In this document: piece after piece, positions 60,403-64,000 of the stretch | Position numbering within the stretch: position 1 is the stretch's first letter | How the letters are laid out: each line of letters begins with the position of its first letter | Source of the DNA: the human T2T-CHM13v2.0 reference genome, Homo sapiens | Direction: 5' to 3' (one strand) | NCBI RefSeq assembly: GCF_009914755.1 | Contig: NC_060926.1 | Length of the DNA: 64,000 nt | Position numbers and translations under genes: made by a program | Notes under the pieces: generated by a model | Database searches by the model: none | What the model was told of the DNA's origin: nothing | The model's input: only the letters and a program-made list of their open reading frames with translations

Positions 60403-63192
60403 TGTCTTCATCCATTTGTGTTGCTATAAAAGAATACCTGAAGCTGGTACTTTGTGAAGAAAGGAGGTTTATTTGACTCATGGTTCTTCAGGCTGTACAA
60501 AAATCATGGCACCAGCATCTTCTTCTAGTGAGGGCTTCTGGCCGCTTCTGCTTATGGTGTGTAGAGATCACATGTCAAGAGAGGAAGTGAGATGGAGAAG
60601 AGGAGGTGCCAGGCTCTTTTCAACAATCAGTTCTTGCGAGAACTGAGAGTGAAAACTCACTTACTGAACTCAAGAATAGCACCAACCCATTTATGAGAAA
60701 TCTGTGCCCATGATCCAGACACTTTCCAGCAGGCCCCAGCTCCAGCATTGGGGATCAAATTTCAACATGACACTTTTAACAAACCTTATCCAAACTATAG
60801 CATTTCTCCCCTGGGCTCCCAAATCTTATGTCCTTCCCACATTGCAATCATTCTGTCCCAATGGTTCCCACAAGTGTTAACATATTCCAGTACCAACCCA
60901 AAAGTCCAAAATCTCTTCTGAGACTCAAAGCAAGCTGTAAGTCTGTAAAATCAAAATCAAGTTACATACTCTCAAGATACAATAGTGCAACAGACATTGG
61001 GTAAACATTCCCTTTCCAAAAGGGATAATTTGACCAAAAGAAAGGGGTAACAGGCCTCAGGCAAATCTGAAACCCAGCAGGGCAGACATTAAACCTTAAA
61101 GACCCAAAATAATCTTTGACTTCATGTCCCATAGCCACACTAGTTCATTGGGTGGGCTCCCAAGGCCTTAGGCAGCCCTGGCCCAATGGCTTTGCCAGGC
61201 ATAATCCATGTGGCCACTCTCACTGTTAGAATCCAATGCCTGTAGCTTTTCCAGGCTAAGATTGTAGGCTACTGGTGGCTCTACCATTCTGGAACCTGGA
61301 GGACAGCAGTACTGTTTCATGGGCGTCCGTGTGAAGAGACCACCAAACAGGCTTTGTGTGAGCAACATGGCTGTTTATTTCACCTGGGTGCAGGCGGGCT
61401 GAGTCCGAAAAGAGAGTCAGCAAAGGGAGATAAGGGTGGGGCCGTTTTATAGGATTTGGGTAGGTAAAGGAAAATTACAGTCAAAGGGGGTTTGTTCTCT
61501 GGCGGGCAGGAGTGGGGGTCACAAGGTGCTCAGTGGGGGTGCTTTTTGAGCCAGGATGAGCCAGGAAAAGGACTTTCACAAGGTAATGTCATCAGTTAAG
61601 GCAAGGACCAGCCATTTACACTTCTTTTGTGGTGGAATGTCATCAGTTAAGGTGTGGCCAGGGCATATTCACTTCTTTTGTGATTCTTCAGTTATTTCAG
61701 GCCATCTGGGCGTATACGTGCAAGTCACAGGGGATGCGATAGCTTGACTTGGGCTCAGAGGCCTGACATACTGGTCCCACACTGCCCTAGTAGAGGCCCT
61801 CTGCAGTGGCTGTGCCCCTGTGGCAGACTTCTGCCTGGGCACCTGGGCTATCTGATAGGTCCTATGAAATTGAGGTAGAAGCTACCAAACCTCCACTACT
61901 CTTAAATTTTGCATACTTGCAGAGTTAATATCACATGTAAGCTTCCAAGGCTTATGGCTTGCACTGTCTGGAGTGGCAGCTAGAGCAGTATCTGGGGCCC
62001 TTTCAACCATGGCTAGAGTCAGAGTAGCTGGTATGCAGGAAGCAGCAACCTAAGGTGGCATCTGGCAGTGGTGCCCCAGGTGTGTACCCCAAACAATTCT
62101 GTCCTCCTAGGCCTCTGGGCCTGTGATGGGAGGGGCTGCCTCAAATATTTCTGAAGTGGCTTTTGGGCCTTTTTCCCACTGATTTGACTAGAAGCACCCA
62201 GCTACCTTTTATCTGTGCTGATCTCTCCAGCAAGTGGTTGCTTGTTAACACCCTTGGATTTTTCTCTTGAAAATGCTCCTTTTGTTCTCTACCACATGGC
62301 AAGACTGCAAATTTTTCAAATTTTTATGCTCTGCTTCTCATTTAATTATAAATTCAAACTCCACGTCATTCCTTTTCTCCCACATCTGATCATAAGCTGT
62401 TGAAAGCAGCCACATCACTTCTTAAACACTTTGCTGCTTAGAAATCTCTCTTGCTGGATACTGTAGATTGCCACTCTAGGGCATGCATGCAATGCATCCA
62501 AATTATTTGCTATATTGTAACTAAGGTGACCTTTGCTTCAGTTCTTAACAGTTTCTACATTTCCACCTGAGACCTCATCAGCACAGCCTTAAATGTTTAT
62601 ATGTCTTTCAGCATTTTGGTCACAACCATTTAACCAGTGTCTAAGAAGTTCCAAACTTTTTCTTATCTTTCTATTTCTTCTGAGCCCTCCAACCTTTTCC
62701 AACCTCTGCTCATTACCCAGTTCCAAAGCTTCTTCCACATTTTCAGGTATCTTAATAGCAACACCTGACTCCTGGGACCAAATTTATGTCTCAGTACATC
62801 TGTGTTGCTATAAAGGAATATCTAAGGCTGGGTACATTATAAAGAAAAAAGGTTTATTTGGCTTGTGATTCTTAAGGCTGTACAAGAAGTATGGTTCCAG
62901 TATCTGCTTCTGGTGTGGGCTTCAGGCTCCTCCTGCTCATGGTATGTAGAGATTGTATGGTAAGAGAGAGAGCAAGAGATAGGAGGAGGTACCCGGCTCT
63001 TTTCAACATCCTATTCTTGTGGGAACTAAGAATGAGAACTCACTCACTCTCCCAACAATGGCACTAAGCCATTCATGAGAGATCTCCCCCTACAATCCAG
63101 ACACCTCCTATCAGGCCCCAGCTCCAACACTAAGGATCAGATTTTAACATGAGACTTGGCGGAGCCAAGCAAAGCCTATCCAAACTATAGCA
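60403..63192 (-). mobile_element. Full-length MST MaLR (LTR 60403-60802, internal region, LTR 62787-63192)
   Basis: Two ~400-bp direct repeats both ending CCAAACTATAGCA; MaLR-internal sequence between them; TSD ACTCA/GCTCA. Confidence 0.88.
61315..61768 (-). mobile_element. HERV-H solo LTR7 (454 bp) nested in MST internal region
   Basis: Minus strand TGTCAGGCCTCTGAGCCCAAG...CACGGACGCCCATGAAA; perfect 5-bp TSD TACTG (61310-61314, 61769-61773). Confidence 0.95.
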
Positions 63193-63374
63193 GCTCACTT
63201 GGGAGATGTCAGTTGCTTAGCTGAGACTCAGAGATCCTAAGACTCTGAGGTCTGGTCCGAGCCTTTAGAATGTGAATGGCTCATACTTACTCTCCTCTCC
63301 AGAATTTGTGGGATTTCTGAAGGTTTCAGGATTATTATTTCCTACACATTCATACATTTAGAATTAGAAGTACA

Positions 63375-64000
63375 GGCCAAGTGTGGTGGCTCATACCTTT
63401 AATCCCAGCATTTTGGGAGGCTAAGGTGGGAGGATCACTTTAACCCAGGAGTTTGAGAGCAGTCTGGGTGATATGGTTTGGCTCTGTGTCCCCACCCAAA
63501 TCTCATCTCTAATTGTAATCCCCATGTGTTGGGGAAGGGGCATGGTGGGAGGTATTTGAATCATGGGAGTGGGCCTTCCCCTTGCTGTTCTCGTGATAGT
63601 GAGTTGTCACAATATCTGGTTGAAAGTGTGTGGCACTTCACTATTTATTCTCTCTCTCTCCTGCTTCAGCGTGGGAAGATGTGCCTTGCTTTTCCTTCGC
63701 CTTCCTCCATGATCATAAGTTTCCTGAGGCCTCCCAGTTATGCTTCCTGTTAAGCCCGCAGAACTGTGAGTCAGTTAAACCTCGTTTCTTCGTAAATTAC
63801 CCAGTCACAGGTAGTTCTTTATAGCAATTGTGAAAATGGACTAATACACTGGGCAACATAGCAAGAACTTGTCTCTATTTAAAAAATGAGCCAGGCCTGG
63901 TGGTGCATGCCTATAAGACCCAGCTGCTCAGACTGAGGCAGGAGGATCCCTTTAGCCCAGAAGTTTGAGACTGCAGTGAGCTATGATCACATAACTGCAC
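63375..64000 (+). mobile_element. AluJ split by a THE1 LTR; runs off the window end
   Basis: Left arm to 63468 resumes at 63854 (CAACATAGCAAGA). Confidence 0.88.
63469..63848 (+). mobile_element. THE1D-like solo LTR nested in AluJ
   Basis: TGATATGGTTTGGCTCTGTGTCCCC...GGACTAATACA; 5-bp TSD CTGGG. Confidence 0.92.

Overview
This is human (primate) genomic DNA, not microbial. It is the 5' end of BARD1 (chr2q35) on the minus strand. Coding exons 1-4 can be placed to the base with GT-AG junctions (29999-30156, 17637-17693, 12870-13018, 1133-2082). Together they encode residues 1-438: the RING finger, the linker and the start of ankyrin repeat 1. A CpG-island promoter (~29570-30900) contains a degenerate GC-box tandem repeat. 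The upstream 33 kb (30.9-64 kb) has no credible protein-coding gene and is probably intronic to a divergent lncRNA (SNHG31, from memory). The rest is transposon-rich: about 20 Alu or Alu-monomer copies, a composite L1PA, a HERV-K(HML-2) solo LTR5 in intron 1, a full-length SVA, a two-LTR MST MaLR with a nested HERV-H LTR7, THE1/MLT1 LTRs and DNA-transposon MITEs. I found no new multi-gene system. The most unusual sequence-level items are a 22-bp triple template-switch insertion inside the L1, an L1-retroposed ERV-mRNA 3' end with TSD, a three-arm Alu under one TSD, inverted LTR5/SINE-R homology bracketing the BARD1 promoter, and the dual reading frame in exon 1. Repeat subfamily names come from recalled consensus sequences and need RepeatMasker/Dfam confirmation. 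Boundaries without a stated TSD are approximate.
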